64,000 nucleotides of DNA from Ostrea edulis (GCF_947568905.1 NC_079172.1:70184001-70248000); one strand, 5' to 3'. Positions 37,190 to 49,748 are shown, counted from the stretch's first letter. Made by a program: numbers and translations. The notes: generated by a model not told the origin, from the sequence alone.

Positions 37190-37401
37190 TATTGACCACC
37201 TCTATTTCAGTTGATGAATGGAAATGGATAGATGATGATGCTCAGGATGATAATGGACCATCTCCTGAGAGTGAATATGTCCCCTCGAGGCGTGTAGAGG
37301 TAGGCTACCTTACTAGTGTCGTGGTATCGTCCTATCAAGATATCCGACACAAAGTGGTAGCCTTTTGTCAGTCGATAAGGGGGATTTTCAGACGAGGCTG
37401 A
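37190..37401 (+). CDS. CBM20 protein, probable terminal exon with an acidic LIR-like motif
   Basis: Two in-frame acceptors (exon start 37190 or 37211), both phase-compatible with exon 2; ..VDEWKWIDDDAQDD..IRHKVVAFCQSIRGIFRRG*; AATAAA signals follow near 37486 and 37564. Confidence 0.7.
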
Positions 37402-37761
37402 ACAGATGAGGACATTTATATCTACAGTTCTATCATTCCTGCATTAATTCAATGATTTTTTTTTTATTGCAATCTACCTCATGTGAATAAATTCTAATGA
37501 TTTGTGTAACTGTCGTTAACTGAATTCAATGATTTATTTTTTATTCTATTCTACCTCGTGTGAATAAATTCTAGTGATTTGTGAATAAATTCTAATGATT
37601 TGTGTAACAGTCGTTAACTTTTTGAAGTCGATATAGTTCATCAGTAGACTAAAAAATTGTATTCCTGTCCCGCTTTATATTTTAATTAAACAACGTTGCA
37701 ACCTTAATTCGTGTTTTATTCCACACACAAACTTGACCTCGCTCTTTTTCTATAGAAATCG

Positions 37762-38770
37762 GGAGCGCCAAATTAACATAAACTCAAAAAATTGAAGATA
37801 TCTTCAATTATTTGAAGATATCATCAATTCAATTATTGCTCTCTTTAATTGAATTAATGCGGGCTTTAAATCAATTATTGCTCTCATCAAATGAACTAAT
37901 GCGCACTTCAATTCAATTATTGCTCTCATCAGTTGAATTTTAAATGCGCGCATCAATTGAATTAATGAGAGGAATAATTGATTTAATGCGCGCATTAATT
38001 GAATTATTATTCTCTTCAATTCAATTGATGCGCGCATTAAATAGAGCAATAATAGATTTGATACTCGCATTAATTCAATTATTGCTCTCTTCAATTCAGT
38101 TGATGAGAGCATCAATTCAGTAGAAATATTGCTCGCAATAATTAATTTAGAGTTCGGTCTAAATAATTTGATGATCTCTTTAATTCAATTGAAGACATCT
38201 TTAAATCATTTACAATGCTTTTGTATAAGGAATTAATGCGCGCATTAATTCTTTTAAAGAGAGCAACAATTCAATTAAAGATATCATTAATTCAATTGTG
38301 GATATGTTGAATTGAAGATATCTTTAATTATATAGTTGCTCTCTCTAAAAGAATTATTGCTCTCTTCAAATGAATTAAAGATATCATTAATTCAATTGAA
38401 GAGAGCAATAATTGAATTAATGCGCGCATTAAATCAACTATTGTTCTCATCAAATGAATTAATGCGCGCATCAATTCAATTATTGCTCTCATCAATTGAA
38501 TTAATGCGCGCATCAATTCAATTATTGCTCTCATCAATTGATTTAATGCGCGCATTATATCCATTATTGCTCTCTTCATTTGAATTGTAGTGCACATCAA
38601 TTCAATTGTTGATATCATTAATTCATTTCAGTGAATAGATCATTAATTCAATTAAAGCGCGCATCAATTCAGCTGAAGAATCAATGCTATCATCAATTTA
38701 ATTAATGTGCATAATAATTCAGAATTGAAGATATCTTCAATTATTTGAGTTTATGTTAATTTGGCGCTCC
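37762..38770. mobile_element. About 1-kb MITE with TIRs and a body of about 21-bp palindromic subrepeats
   Basis: GGAGCGCCAAATTAACATAAACTCAAA at left and its reverse complement at right; internal AATTGAATTAATGCGCGCATTAATTCAATT and ATTGCTCTC/GAGAGCAAT units. Confidence 0.8.
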
Positions 38771-38899
38771 ATACTATTTTGGTTGCATAACGAATAAAAA
38801 AACCAGCCATGGTGAGCAAGCGGCCTATGCCATTTCTATAATGGCTGAGGAAGAATGTTTTAGAAAGGACTTCAGTGCTTGCTAAATTCTGGTAGGTCA

Positions 38900-39056
38900 A
38901 AACCACAAGTCCCTGTACCTAGGGAAGTCGATCATTACTGTATACTAAACCACAAGTCCCTGTACCTAGGGAAGTCGATCATTACTGTATACTAAACCAC
39001 AAGTCCCTGTACCTAGGGAAGTCGATCATTACTGTATACTAAACCACAAGTCCCTG
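38900..39056. repeat. 47-bp tandem repeat x3.3
   Basis: AAACCACAAGTCCCTGTACCTAGGGAAGTCGATCATTACTGTATACT at 38900, 38947, 38994 and partly 39041. Confidence 0.9.
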
Positions 39057-39845
39057 CACGAGAATAAAGGGAAATTTGTCAAGCCTATCCTCGTAAATAA
39101 TCAAGAAATTTAATGGTTTTGTTTCTTTTTGGTTCAACCAGGCGGGAACTTTTCGTACAGCTGTACCAGTTCCAATTTTCCTTTAATACCGGAGAATTAC
39201 AGACCTGCAATGATCAATAACATTCTCAACAAATCTCAGCTTTACGGTACCTTCCAGTTCTGTTGTGTTTCACGTTTAAAGTAGGAGACAACTTGTATTA
39301 TAAACACAATCATATTTATGCAATTACGAGTGTGGTATATTCTATCGCTTGCGTAATGCAATACAGGATTTTATAGTTACATCATAACATACATGTACAT
39401 GTATACTGTGTAATATCATCCTGTATAACACGTGTATATTGATTTCATATGATTTTAGTTAAATCATGGCCAGACTCCTAGAATTGATATTGCAATCAAT
39501 TTGAACACAATTAATTTTACAAACGTAATTGATGTACTGATACATAGATATTTTTAATGATGGTATGTGCTCTCTAATGAATCATAAATAGTACAATAGT
39601 ACTTATTACACTGTTTTATATAGCGGTACTGTCTGTCTACTGTCGTACACACTTATATAGCCATGCGTTATATGAAGTGTTCAGTAATCAGCTACCAGTA
39701 TCGTATACACCAAGACGGAAATAGAATATCAATTGTATAGGGGTCAATTATATATACATCTACTTATTCATATATATGATAATTTGGAAATCCCTTTACA
39801 CAGTTCACTCATTTCACGCGCCGGGTACAGCACTCTTTCTAATGG

Positions 39846-41582
39846 TCACCATGCATTTGATTTTTCCGTGGATGTGTCGGTAAGCTGGTAGATACTAACA
39901 TATCCCGCGCCATGCGAGATTGCCAACTTTGCCGAGTTTTCGTTTGCTATCAAATTAATTTCACGCGGCTCCTCCACTTCATTACACGTATCATAGCTTC
40001 CTAAATGATCGCCGGAATACGATACGATGTGAATCTTATTTCTTTTGCAATCTGCCACCAAGAGATGCCCTCTACCGTCCAGAGTCGTACCGACAGGCTT
40101 CAAGAGCGGGGATTCCGGACTTCCGTAATACGACCCGCGAATGGAGCCATCTCGCGCAATGAACACAACGCGGTTTTTCTGCCAATCGCACCCTACAACG
40201 ACACCCATTAAAATGTCAACAGACCGCGGACAGATGAAGAGAGGTCGGAGTCGTAGGTCGGTAGCAATGGTGAATTCCACTGCCCCGTTGGAACTGACGA
40301 TGTCAATTCTTGGACTACCATAGGGTTGACAGACTCCGCAGATGAGTCTAGAACACGTCTTATCGTATGCGATGCTGGAGTACCCTGTCGCTGTTGTAAT
40401 GCGACTGGAAACCCTCATGTTACTATCCTCCACAGCCACTTGCAGAATGAGTCGTCCATTTGGGATGGCGACAAGGCATAACTGGCGGACCTCTGTGCCC
40501 TTGGTGTACACAATGTCCGTCGGTTCACCCCCGGCAAAGTTCATCACGCTGATGAGATGTCCACTATCGCGATACAACTTCAGTTTCATGTTCCACTTGT
40601 CGACGAGAACTAGGCGGTCAGTCGGCACCCACGCTATTCCCACCACGTATCCCTTGCTATCCTCCGGTAGGAGCGAGGGGAAGGTCCTCAGGTACACGGC
40701 ATTTTTGTACGGAGTATTGTTAAATTCTGGTGGTGCTGAAGGTGGCAAACTAACCCTCAATCTTTGGTGTTCCTCCATTTTGATTTTTCCCGATTTTCGA
40801 ACCTCAATACTGCCGATCGGTTTACTAAATATTTCTTCAATTTCCGGACTATACTCAAAAGTAACTTCCAGCTCTGTGGGATTTTTTCTTGAGATAGAGC
40901 TGTCGAGATGCGACATGTGGTCTTTCATTTCCATTAAGACTTTCCTGTACGCCGTCGCTTTGGGTAGTGACTTTATAGACTGTAAGTCGCATTTCTCCAG
41001 TAATTCTTCCTTGTTTTCAATTGACCCCATCACCGAACGGATCCAAATAACAGACTGAGAAGAATCGAACTCTTCATCATTCAGATCTCTATCCAGTTCT
41101 TCCATCAGTGTGGTTTCTTTTTCTTGTAGATACTTGTCAAATCGATTCCTAAGATCCTCAATTTTCATCTTTATTTCCTTCTTAGCATTTTCTTTCACTC
41201 TGAGAAATCCCCTTTCGTTTTTACGTGCATTGAAATCAGCCTCCTCTGACTGAAGTTTCAGCTTTTTAAGGTCGATTTTCGCTTCATTTTGCTGAATTTC
41301 TAGCTCCTCCAACATCTTTGACAGAGATTCAGTGCCTTCCTCTACAGGTTCGTTGGAGATTTTAGCGAAATCGATAAGACTGCTGCTGAATTTATCGTCT
41401 GGTAGTGTAGATACGGTTTCTATGCCTTCTATTGGCTGCTGACAGGATGAACATTCCGTTAGACTTTCTCGCTTTGTTTTTAGGCAGTTTCCGCACACTG
41501 TGTGTAGGCATGGTAAAAGTTTAGGAAACTCTAAATTATTATGACAAAATCCGCATACCATAAGTTCCTCCGGAACTTCCAT
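39846..41582 (-). CDS. TRIM-like E3 ligase: RING finger, coiled coil, NHL-type propeller, no evident B-box, about 578 aa
   Basis: CGFCHNNLEFPKLLPCLHTVCGNCL..ECSSC (C3HC4 RING), a long helical region, NHL-like repeats (LVLVDKWNMKLKLY, PVGTTLDGRGHLLVADCKRNKIHIV). First ATG at 41582 (the ORF track starts at a GTG, 41597); splice acceptor just upstream. Confidence 0.85.
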   Translation of the reverse strand: MEVPEELMVCGFCHNNLEFPKLLPCLHTVCGNCLKTKRESLTECSSCQQPIEGIETVSTLPDDKFSSSLIDFAKISNEPVEEGTESLSKMLEELEIQQNEAKIDLKKLKLQSEEADFNARKNERGFLRVKENAKKEIKMKIEDLRNRFDKYLQEKETTLMEELDRDLNDEEFDSSQSVIWIRSVMGSIENKEELLEKCDLQSIKSLPKATAYRKVLMEMKDHMSHLDSSISRKNPTELEVTFEYSPEIEEIFSKPIGSIEVRKSGKIKMEEHQRLRVSLPPSAPPEFNNTPYKNAVYLRTFPSLLPEDSKGYVVGIAWVPTDRLVLVDKWNMKLKLYRDSGHLISVMNFAGGEPTDIVYTKGTEVRQLCLVAIPNGRLILQVAVEDSNMRVSSRITTATGYSSIAYDKTCSRLICGVCQPYGSPRIDIVSSNGAVEFTIATDLRLRPLFICPRSVDILMGVVVGCDWQKNRVVFIARDGSIRGSYYGSPESPLLKPVGTTLDGRGHLLVADCKRNKIHIVSYSGDHLGSYDTCNEVEEPREINLIANENSAKLAISHGAGYVSIYQLTDTSTEKSNAW

Positions 41583-42313
41583 TTCCAACCGTATCACTCT
41601 TCGAGGTTCAGTATTTAATCTGCAGAGGTAAAAATTATTATTGCGAAATATATTTCATAATAGGTCAGGTGAGTCAGCATGGAATTCCCCCCCCCCCCCC
41701 CCCCCCTTTTGTCTCATCAACATTAAGACATGCAATATAAATGTTGCTAGAACGAAAATTGAGAAGCACGTTTAATAATTTTTACCTGTGCACACCTGTG
41801 TGATGGTCCGGATGACACACCTGTAAAACTCACGGATGACGCACAATGAAGGGCACGGTGTAAAACAAGAGTTGTTGATATTGTACGTAAATGCAGTTTC
41901 TTCAATCCGCTTTCCTTCTCACACGTGTAATACATGTACATCTATAAGATATTGACAATTTATATTAACTCATGCGGTCATGACCTTCCATTAATTTATC
42001 CTGCATTGCGATATGGACGACGAAAAAGAGAAAAATGAATTTAAATTAACATCCATGCTAAAATAGATTTAACATTTTTTTCCTTCCATAAAGTATGCCA
42101 TAATAGCTTAAGAATACATGCGTTTTGCAATCTTCATTGGAAATGGAAACACGGAATGATACTTCCAATAATACATGGATAGGTGACTGATCAATATAAT
42201 TAAAATCAAACTTCTTAGATCCGCGCCGTAAACTCTGCGTAAAAGTTTCCGACGGGGATCTAAGAAGTCTGATTTTAATTAGATTGGTATTGCGATTTTC
42301 ATCTTTTAAATAT

Positions 42314-42346
<33 letters not shown>

Positions 42347-43394
42347 GGGAGAGGACGCGGGCGGTGAAAATTGGGCATTGATAGCGCTATTCTCTGTGTA
42401 TGAATTTTTCACTCTTTCGTTTTTCTATGTACAGTTCATTCTTTATACAATTCAGTCTAATTAAAATTAGCCCCTACGTTTTTTGTTTTTTGTTTTGGTT
42501 ATGCCTACAGCCTTCGGTGGATGGAGAGAGGAACGAAGCGCAATCAACCGTGGGTTTCCGACGATGATTTCAGTTGGACTGTATACAATTTGAGGAAACA
42601 TGGAGGATGTCTTCTGGCAATGTCATCATATGTTTTAGTAAAAAAAAAAAAAAAAACCCAACAAATTCCAGTAAAAAAAGAGATCTGTTTACAGCATGTA
42701 TCCTAAAACTACCACACCATGCTCACTGTAATTATCCAAGGAAATCAACAAATCGAATTTGGGCGGGGGGGGGGGGGGGGTTGGAGGGGGGGGGGGGTGA
42801 GATAAGGCTCGGTAAATTACTTGATTATTGCTAGATGTAAGTTCAGATCTTCATACCCAGTTCTGTTTTGTTTTTAGGCATACCACATCCATTAATTTTC
42901 ATTGATTCTTTTTAATGATCATCTTAAGAGATGTGAACATGTTCCTTATTTTTCAACATTAAATATACATCACTACAGCCAGTTTGCAATGACTGGAACC
43001 TAATAGAACATTGTCTGTCCGACTCAGATATTTTATCAAAACTGGAGACACACGATAAATTCACTACGTAGTGTAATGAGTTATAGATTCGATTCGATTT
43101 TTCAGTTGCAGTTGATTTGATGATTTACGTGTACAATGTACTCCTCGTTTTAATTGTCATAGTAATTTGAGGCTGTACTCCAATCAATTCCAGGGACAGT
43201 CGTTATACGATAGCTAGCTATCAGCTGAGATTTTCGAATACAACATTTAAAAAAAAAAATTGATCAAAATGTATACAGATTTTTTTGTAACGGTGTCTTT
43301 TTGAAATGAGATTCGATATCTCCATTGTAATAAGATTTCCATAGTAAACTATATGACTGATCACAGAGCTGTGTAAACGAGCCCAACAGACTCG

Positions 43395-43790
43395 GTATAA
43401 GTAAGTAAGTAATTTTTATATTATAGTGACATGTGTTTTAAAATACAATATTTCACAACATTTTACAAAGTACATAAATTATTGAACACCCGGCCCAAAC
43501 GGACCTATATGTCACTTTGAATCAATATATATGTATCATAACATTGTATATATACATGCGAATGGTGATATAAGATCATCAATTTCTATATAATTTTTGC
43601 TGTCTGATTTTATAGGAATTAAATATAAAGTTTGCTGTCTGTCGTGGATAATTATTGATTACGTTCACAAATAAGGAATAATCTAAAATTAAATTTTGGT
43701 ATTGAGATACACCTATTCTGCTGAAGAAATCATTTCTTAACGTATTATATAAAGAGCAGTGTAACAAAAAATGTTTAAATATTTTAATGA
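43395..43790 (-). mobile_element. 5'-truncated CR1/L2-type LINE 3' end
   Basis: Minus frame KHFLLHCSLYNTLRNDFF (HFLL.C..Y..LR C-terminal ORF2 motif), then a 3' UTR with a stem and a (TTAC)n tail. Confidence 0.7.
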
Positions 43791-44189
43791 GGGTATGAAA
43801 TGCAACGCCTACAGACCATGCCCGTTACAAATTATACCATCATGTATTTTCAAAAATGAAGTTTATTTCTTATTTCATTCCTGTCGGAATTCCCAGCCAT
43901 TTAAATAGTCGTACTATATTTATCTGGATCTATACGCGCGTTGTTGACAACTGCAATGCATTCATGAGGAAATGTTTATCATTACAATTTTAAAGATATC
44001 AAAGGCAAAAACATTGGAAATGTACATGTAAATATTCTGTTATTAACAAGACCTGTAGCCATGTAAACGATTCCTTGCGTTCAGTGTTGGTCTTTCCGTC
44101 TGAAAGGACACGGAGAAATTGAGTGGGAATATCCCGTTGGACCACCGCAGTTATATGTTTCACCTACTAACCTATTCTCTGATGATCAT

Positions 44190-45070
44190 GATCTAGTAGC
44201 ACTTATTGGTGACTTTAATAGTCAAACAGCAGATAAATGTGATATGTTAGAGGATGATTTAGAGGATGTATTATGTTGTCCTGAAAATGACTTGACAATA
44301 AACGATTTTTCAAATGTAAATATGTACAGAGTGTCAATGGACAAGGACACAAATAATTTTGGTAAGAAACTACTTGATTTATGTAAACATATGAATTTAT
44401 ACATTAGGAATGGTCGAGTCGGAAGTGACCGTCTCGTAGGACATACTACTTGTAAAAACAAAAGTGTAGTAGATTATTGTATTGGGAATTAAAATTTTTT
44501 TTTTCAGTTGTAGATAATTTTTCTGTTCAACCCTTTTCAATCAATTTTATCCGATGTTCATAACCCTATATCTGTTTGTTTGAAAATTGATTGTAAGTAC
44601 TCAGAACCCATACATAACGAAGAAACAGGAAATGGTATAAATCCTGATTTGCCTAATAAATGGAGGGATGAGAAAGCAAGCTTATTATGGAAAAAAATTA
44701 TGAAAATATTGATTATATAAATGAATTATGTACTATGTTTGACGAAATACATATATCTGACATAACCAGCGATTTTATTGATAATGCTGTCGATAAACTA
44801 TGTACTCTTTTTTTAGACTGTGCGAAGTATACTTTTGGTGTCAAAGAAAATAGAAAAAGAAATGTTAACAAAAGATTGAAGAAACCATGGTTTACTTGTG
44901 AATGTTTAAATGCAAGGCACTGTTATAGAAAAGCCAAAAGATTGTATAGAATTTATGGAAACGAAATTTTTAGAATAAACCTTCTTGAGAAAGAAAAAAA
45001 ATATATAAGAAAACTATGAAAGAAGCTGTAAATAAACACAAGTTTAATACTCAAAAAAGGTTGAGTGAAT
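44190..45070 (+). mobile_element. Degenerate CR1-like LINE ORF2 fragment (APE endonuclease C-terminus and linker)
   Basis: ALIGDFNS, NNFGKKLLDLC..LYIRNGR..D..GHTTC..SVVDY and KKPWF..EC..AR..YRKAKR motifs, with stops and frameshifts. Confidence 0.8.
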
Positions 45071-45894
45071 TGAAAAAATCAGTATCTGTCCATTCTTAAA
45101 AATAATGGACAGCAATTGTCAACTTATTGAACACCTACAGGTAACCTTTTCACTATAAGTGGACTTTCTCCTATATAAAAGCCTAAAAAGACAAAGGATT
45201 GCGTAACAAAAATGTTTTAAGTTTTATAAAGACCTCTAAATAACACAGTAGAGTACTCTCCCCTTATCGTATATCATTTGGTTAGACAAGAAATTCTTAG
45301 GCGAATCATCAACCTGTGCGAAGTCTTTGATCTCAGTCTGTCCTAAAAGAATGTATCAAGTTCCCACATGAACAGATTTTTAGAGATTGTGTCAAAAGTT
45401 GATTTAAAATCTTTCTTTCATTCACGAAAATTGTCCACTTGGAAATTTTTGAAACATTCTTCAATTATACATGTCAATCAAACCAAAACCAACCATTATA
45501 TTCATTGGAAAAAAGTAAACATGTCTCCGGCTATGAATTTTGCGGAGCCCGTCCACTGCAATGCATGTTTCAAACTGCCGATATTTGAGCTCGGGTGTTG
45601 TTTTATTTTACGAGTGTTTTTTCCGAGGAGTAGAAATTTCGCTGGAACGCCAACTCAAAGTTTCAATAATTCCAATATTATTCATTACAATTGTTTTGAT
45701 TGGACAAAAATAAAGCTAAACGAGAATTTATACATCAATAAATTAAAAAAAAAAGCCCGCTATGTATACATACGCGCCTGGAAACAAATAATATAGTGCG
45801 GGGAAACTATTCAAATTTTTGAAATTGATAATACAGGGAACGAATTGGAATCATAAGAATCAAACATTCTTTTCGAAGAATTTATCGATATGTA

Positions 45895-45974
45895 AACTCC
45901 GGACATTTTACTCACAAACTTAACATAAAAGTGCTTCACATTTTACTCAGTTTGTGAGTAAAATGTCCAGAGTT
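45895..45974. repeat. 26-bp inverted repeat (1 mismatch), probably MITE-internal
   Basis: AACTCCGGACATTTTACTCACAAACT ... AGTTTGTGAGTAAAATGTCCAGAGTT. Confidence 0.7.
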
Positions 45975-46175
45975 GATATTTCAAGAATGTTTAATCCTAT
46001 ATTAATTATAAAGTTCTTAACACATTTTCATGTATGTCTTGTTGGATGATAGCGTGGATTAATTAAGAAGTATATAATTTATTTGTCGAGAACCCACTCG
46101 TAGATATCTTTCGCTGATTGCACAGCTCTCCAATATATTCAGAGAAATCTTTATTCATATATTGCATTTCTATAT

Positions 46176-46768
46176 AGAGTGCAAAATTAACATAAACTCA
46201 AATAATTGAAAATGTCTTTAATTATTTGAAGATATCATCAAATCATTTGACGCTCGCAACAATTCAGTTTAACATTTCTTTAAAAAATTAATGATAATTA
46301 AATTCTGAATTATTGAGCGCATTAATTGAATTGGTAATAGCATTAATTATTCTGCTGAATTGATGAGCGCTATAATTGAATTGTTGCTCTCATTAAAAGA
46401 ATGAATCTTTTTAAAATTGAATTAAAGAAATCATCAAATCATTTATACCGAGGTCCAAATGCAATTTTGCAAGCATTAATTCCATGACATTGATGCGCTT
46501 TAATTGAATTGATGAGAGCAATAATTGAATTGATCCTCGCATTCGGGCATCAAATCAATTATTGCTCTCATCAATTGAATTCATGCACGCATTAATTCAA
46601 TTATTGGGCCCAACAATTGAATTTATGCTCTCTTCAATTGAATCGACGAGAGCAATAATTGATTTGATGCGCACACGAATTCAATTATTGCGCGCATTAA
46701 TTAAATCGATATCTTCAAATAATTAAATATATATTGAATTATTTGAGTTTATGTCAATTTGGTGCTTC
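46176..46768. mobile_element. Older, shorter copy of the 37762-38770 MITE
   Basis: Degenerate TIRs AAATTAACATAAACTCAAA / TTTGAGTTTATGTCAATTT and the same palindromic subrepeats. Confidence 0.7.
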
Positions 46769-46949
46769 ATAAATTTGTGTGGAATTTCAGACAGCCAATT
46801 TTGATATGACATACCGAAGAAATAAAACGACTTATAGTCGGATTGTGGTATCGCAGTACTAATGAATAGTGACATTGTTAGATTTCAATACGAATTCCAT
46901 CGTATATTTAATCATTTCAACTCCCTCGTGCAAATAAGCTTTTCTGATC

Positions 46950-47600
46950 GAAATTTATCCGTAATCCCCCTCTGCCTGTGGACTGCCAATTAACGAATTC
47001 TTCATAAGAACCACTGGGTCAATTTCATCCAAAATGACATAAAAACACCCAGATTTATGGGATTTAAGTTTACTCACATACAGATTCATGCGCTCCTCCG
47101 AGGCAAAAGAAATAGTGAAAATAAGGTTATTAACTTAAATATCAGCAGATCCATAAACCCAGCAGATAGTAACTATACTATTTTCTGATAGTGAGCCCAG
47201 CCCTGTGTAAAAGATATGCATAGGAATACAGAGGGAAATTCTTATAAAATTGTCTTCTTAAAACCACATGTGTACAGTATGTCAAATTCATATACAAGTA
47301 TCCTCATGTAATGTAGATTCAAGTTTCTTCAAACCATGGTCTGACCTCTGGAAAAACTGCGACCCTTCATGCCGGCATACCGCGTCATGAAGTGGAGATA
47401 CAGAGAGGTTCCTAGTTTTATATCGGAACATATATATAACCCTCTGAAAAACCACATGGTACTCTATATCTAAAATTGGTATGCAAGAACCTTTATCTTA
47501 TTCCAGTGAAATCCACAGGGAAGTTTAAAATTTCGTCCACTCAGTAAATATAATAATGATTAGTTTTAATCAAAATTTTGGGCTCAGGTGAGCTGACAAT
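46950..47600. mobile_element. Degenerate HINE-like remnant
   Basis: Ends in GGCTCAGGTGAGCT and contains AAGAACCACTGG-type repeat motifs shared with other HINEs in this window. Confidence 0.4.
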
Positions 47601-48094
47601 TTAAAACTGCATATACTATTAAATGTAATATATTTGCAGTCCCGTGTCCCATTCTATAAAGCACCTCATCATAATTGTACATGCTATAAAATATGAACTA
47701 CTTGAAACTTCATTTATGGTCATTAGTTTTTAAAATCAGTAAAGTGGAACATCGCTGACATGGGATTACGATGTATGATCGATATACAAGCATCCTCATG
47801 ACGCGTAGATGCGATACCGTACAAATCACGATACATACAATGTAGGTAAGGGCGAGGGCATGAAAGGAGGATTTTTATGTAGTAATATTTTGGAAAAACT
47901 CGAAAAAATCTCTCCTATATCAAACCAAAATGATAAAAAAGATAATCAAATTGATAAACAGGCATTCTTATGTAGAGAAGATTCTTTATTCATACCATCT
48001 GATTCAGGGTAGGATCGACAACAAAGGGGGTTATAAAGTTTTAAATAGGGATGAGTATAAAAGTAAATACACAATGTACACAGTGACTTCACGA

Positions 48095-49748
48095 CTAATT
48101 TAAATACTTGTACATTTTGACTTCACCGTCTCCACAAAGCCAGATAATATTGTCACTGTCTCTACACAGTCCGCAGTCACTAGATATTCCGTGATCCCTG
48201 GTCAGTAGGACGGTGGTAAACTCTCCGTTCTGATCAATCACGTGGACGTTATCGCTATTCACTACCACTAGGATCCGCCCGTGGATGTCGGTACAGATTC
48301 CATAAGGACTGAATTCTGATCCGTCCTGACGCCCTCTGTAGGAGAACCGGTGATTCCCGTCCCTGTCCACCACCACCACGGCTTTATTAGAACTACCGTC
48401 TGACGTGCAGATGTCGCCGTTCACGTTCTCTGTTATATATTTAGGATATCTATAAAGAGGCTGACCCTGGGCGTCGTACTGACTCTGCCACAGCTCACGT
48501 CCCTCCTTGTTGTATCGGACCACTCTCTTGTTGTGACCAGTCGTCATCCCCACCAGTATGTCGCCGATCCTGTGGGAGGAGTACACACAGAGAGGCAACC
48601 AGTCTCCCGTGGTTTTGATTACAGTTGTGGTCTTCCTGTCTGATGTGTATTTCTTGATGCTTTTGTTTGTTCTGTCGATGTACAGCAGATCACCGTCGTG
48701 AGTTACAGCGTGATAACCGTACAATGAGAACGCATCTGTTTTAATCTCGTCCAGTTTGTTTCCAGTCTTGTCCATGAGCATGATATGGCCCTCGTCATCT
48801 CCAACCCAAACTTTGTCTACAGATACACAGGAAATCTGAACTAAATCTTCAGAGGGCATATCGAATTCCAGACATTTGACAGGAGAACCAATCGAATTTA
48901 TATCTTTTGACACGTCAAGTTTTTTGGAAATTTCTGCTTTTGGTTTTTCATACGTAGATTTCTTTGGCATACTTAGTTTTCCAAACAGCTTCATGACCCC
49001 GTCCTTGTTGATGATTTCTGGTTGGTACTGAGGATTTTCTATGCTTGGTAATTCAGGCTCTGTAACTTCAGACTGAGTATTTCATTTCGCAGTGCTAGCT
49101 TCTGGTACGGTCGTTTTTCTTCATCTTCAAACTCGTCGATGAAATCTTCATAGTTGGATATAAAACGAGATATAATGGTTGTTTGATTTTCGAATTCCTC
49201 ATCCAGGGATTTGTCGCTGATATCAAGATCTCCGAGTTTCTCCTGGAGAATGGTGTCTACTAAATCCTTAATCTGTTTTGCATCTTCTCGCAGTCGTCTC
49301 CTTATGTCGGTTCTTTCCTCCTTGGACTTTGTTCTCTGGTCAGATAATTGCGGTCACGCAGTTTTGGGAGTATATTCTTCTTCGCGTTCTGAATCTTGTC
49401 TCTGCAGGGTTTCTCGGTGTCTTTTAATGTGTCCTCAATGTTTCTGAATGTGTGACCTTTATGGTTTTCCTTCATACATCTGATGCAGACCGGAAGCTTG
49501 CATTCCTGACACACCATGTCATAAGAGAATTCTGGATGGATGTGACAGGATTCGGTGTTTGGAGATGTCGTCGGTCTCTCCTGGTAGGGGACGATGACGT
49601 GGGATCTGGTGGCGTTGCTCTTGGTGTGACGGTCCCGGCATACCTGACACAGGTTGTCGGTACAGGTGTTACAGTAATATTCAGCGTTCGCCTCACACTG
49701 TGTACACTCCACATAGTGCTGGGCAAACTTTATGTCCCGTCTGGACAT
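48095..49748 (-). pseudogene. Frameshifted inverted paralogue of the TRIM-like gene at 27245-28912
   Basis: Near-identical sequence, but with a 7-bp deletion (TTAAAGA) near 49340 giving a stop at 49302 and a 1-bp deletion near 49075. The last 299 codons (48095-48994, NHL domain) are still open. Confidence 0.8.

Noticed and set aside
37804-38618. ORFs with MRAIIEL heptad repeats resembling coiled coils or LRRs
   Set aside because: They are translations of the 21-bp palindromic subrepeats of a MITE and are open on both strands.
40342-41058. 238-aa plus-strand ORF
   Set aside because: Antisense shadow of the RING-NHL gene with no recognisable motifs.
42058-42378. Polyproline-containing ORF (also 400-648 and 51366-51581)
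   Set aside because: Produced by C/G homopolymer runs.
45368-45796. 142-aa plus-strand ORF
   Set aside because: AT-rich composition, no motif, lies among transposon remnants.
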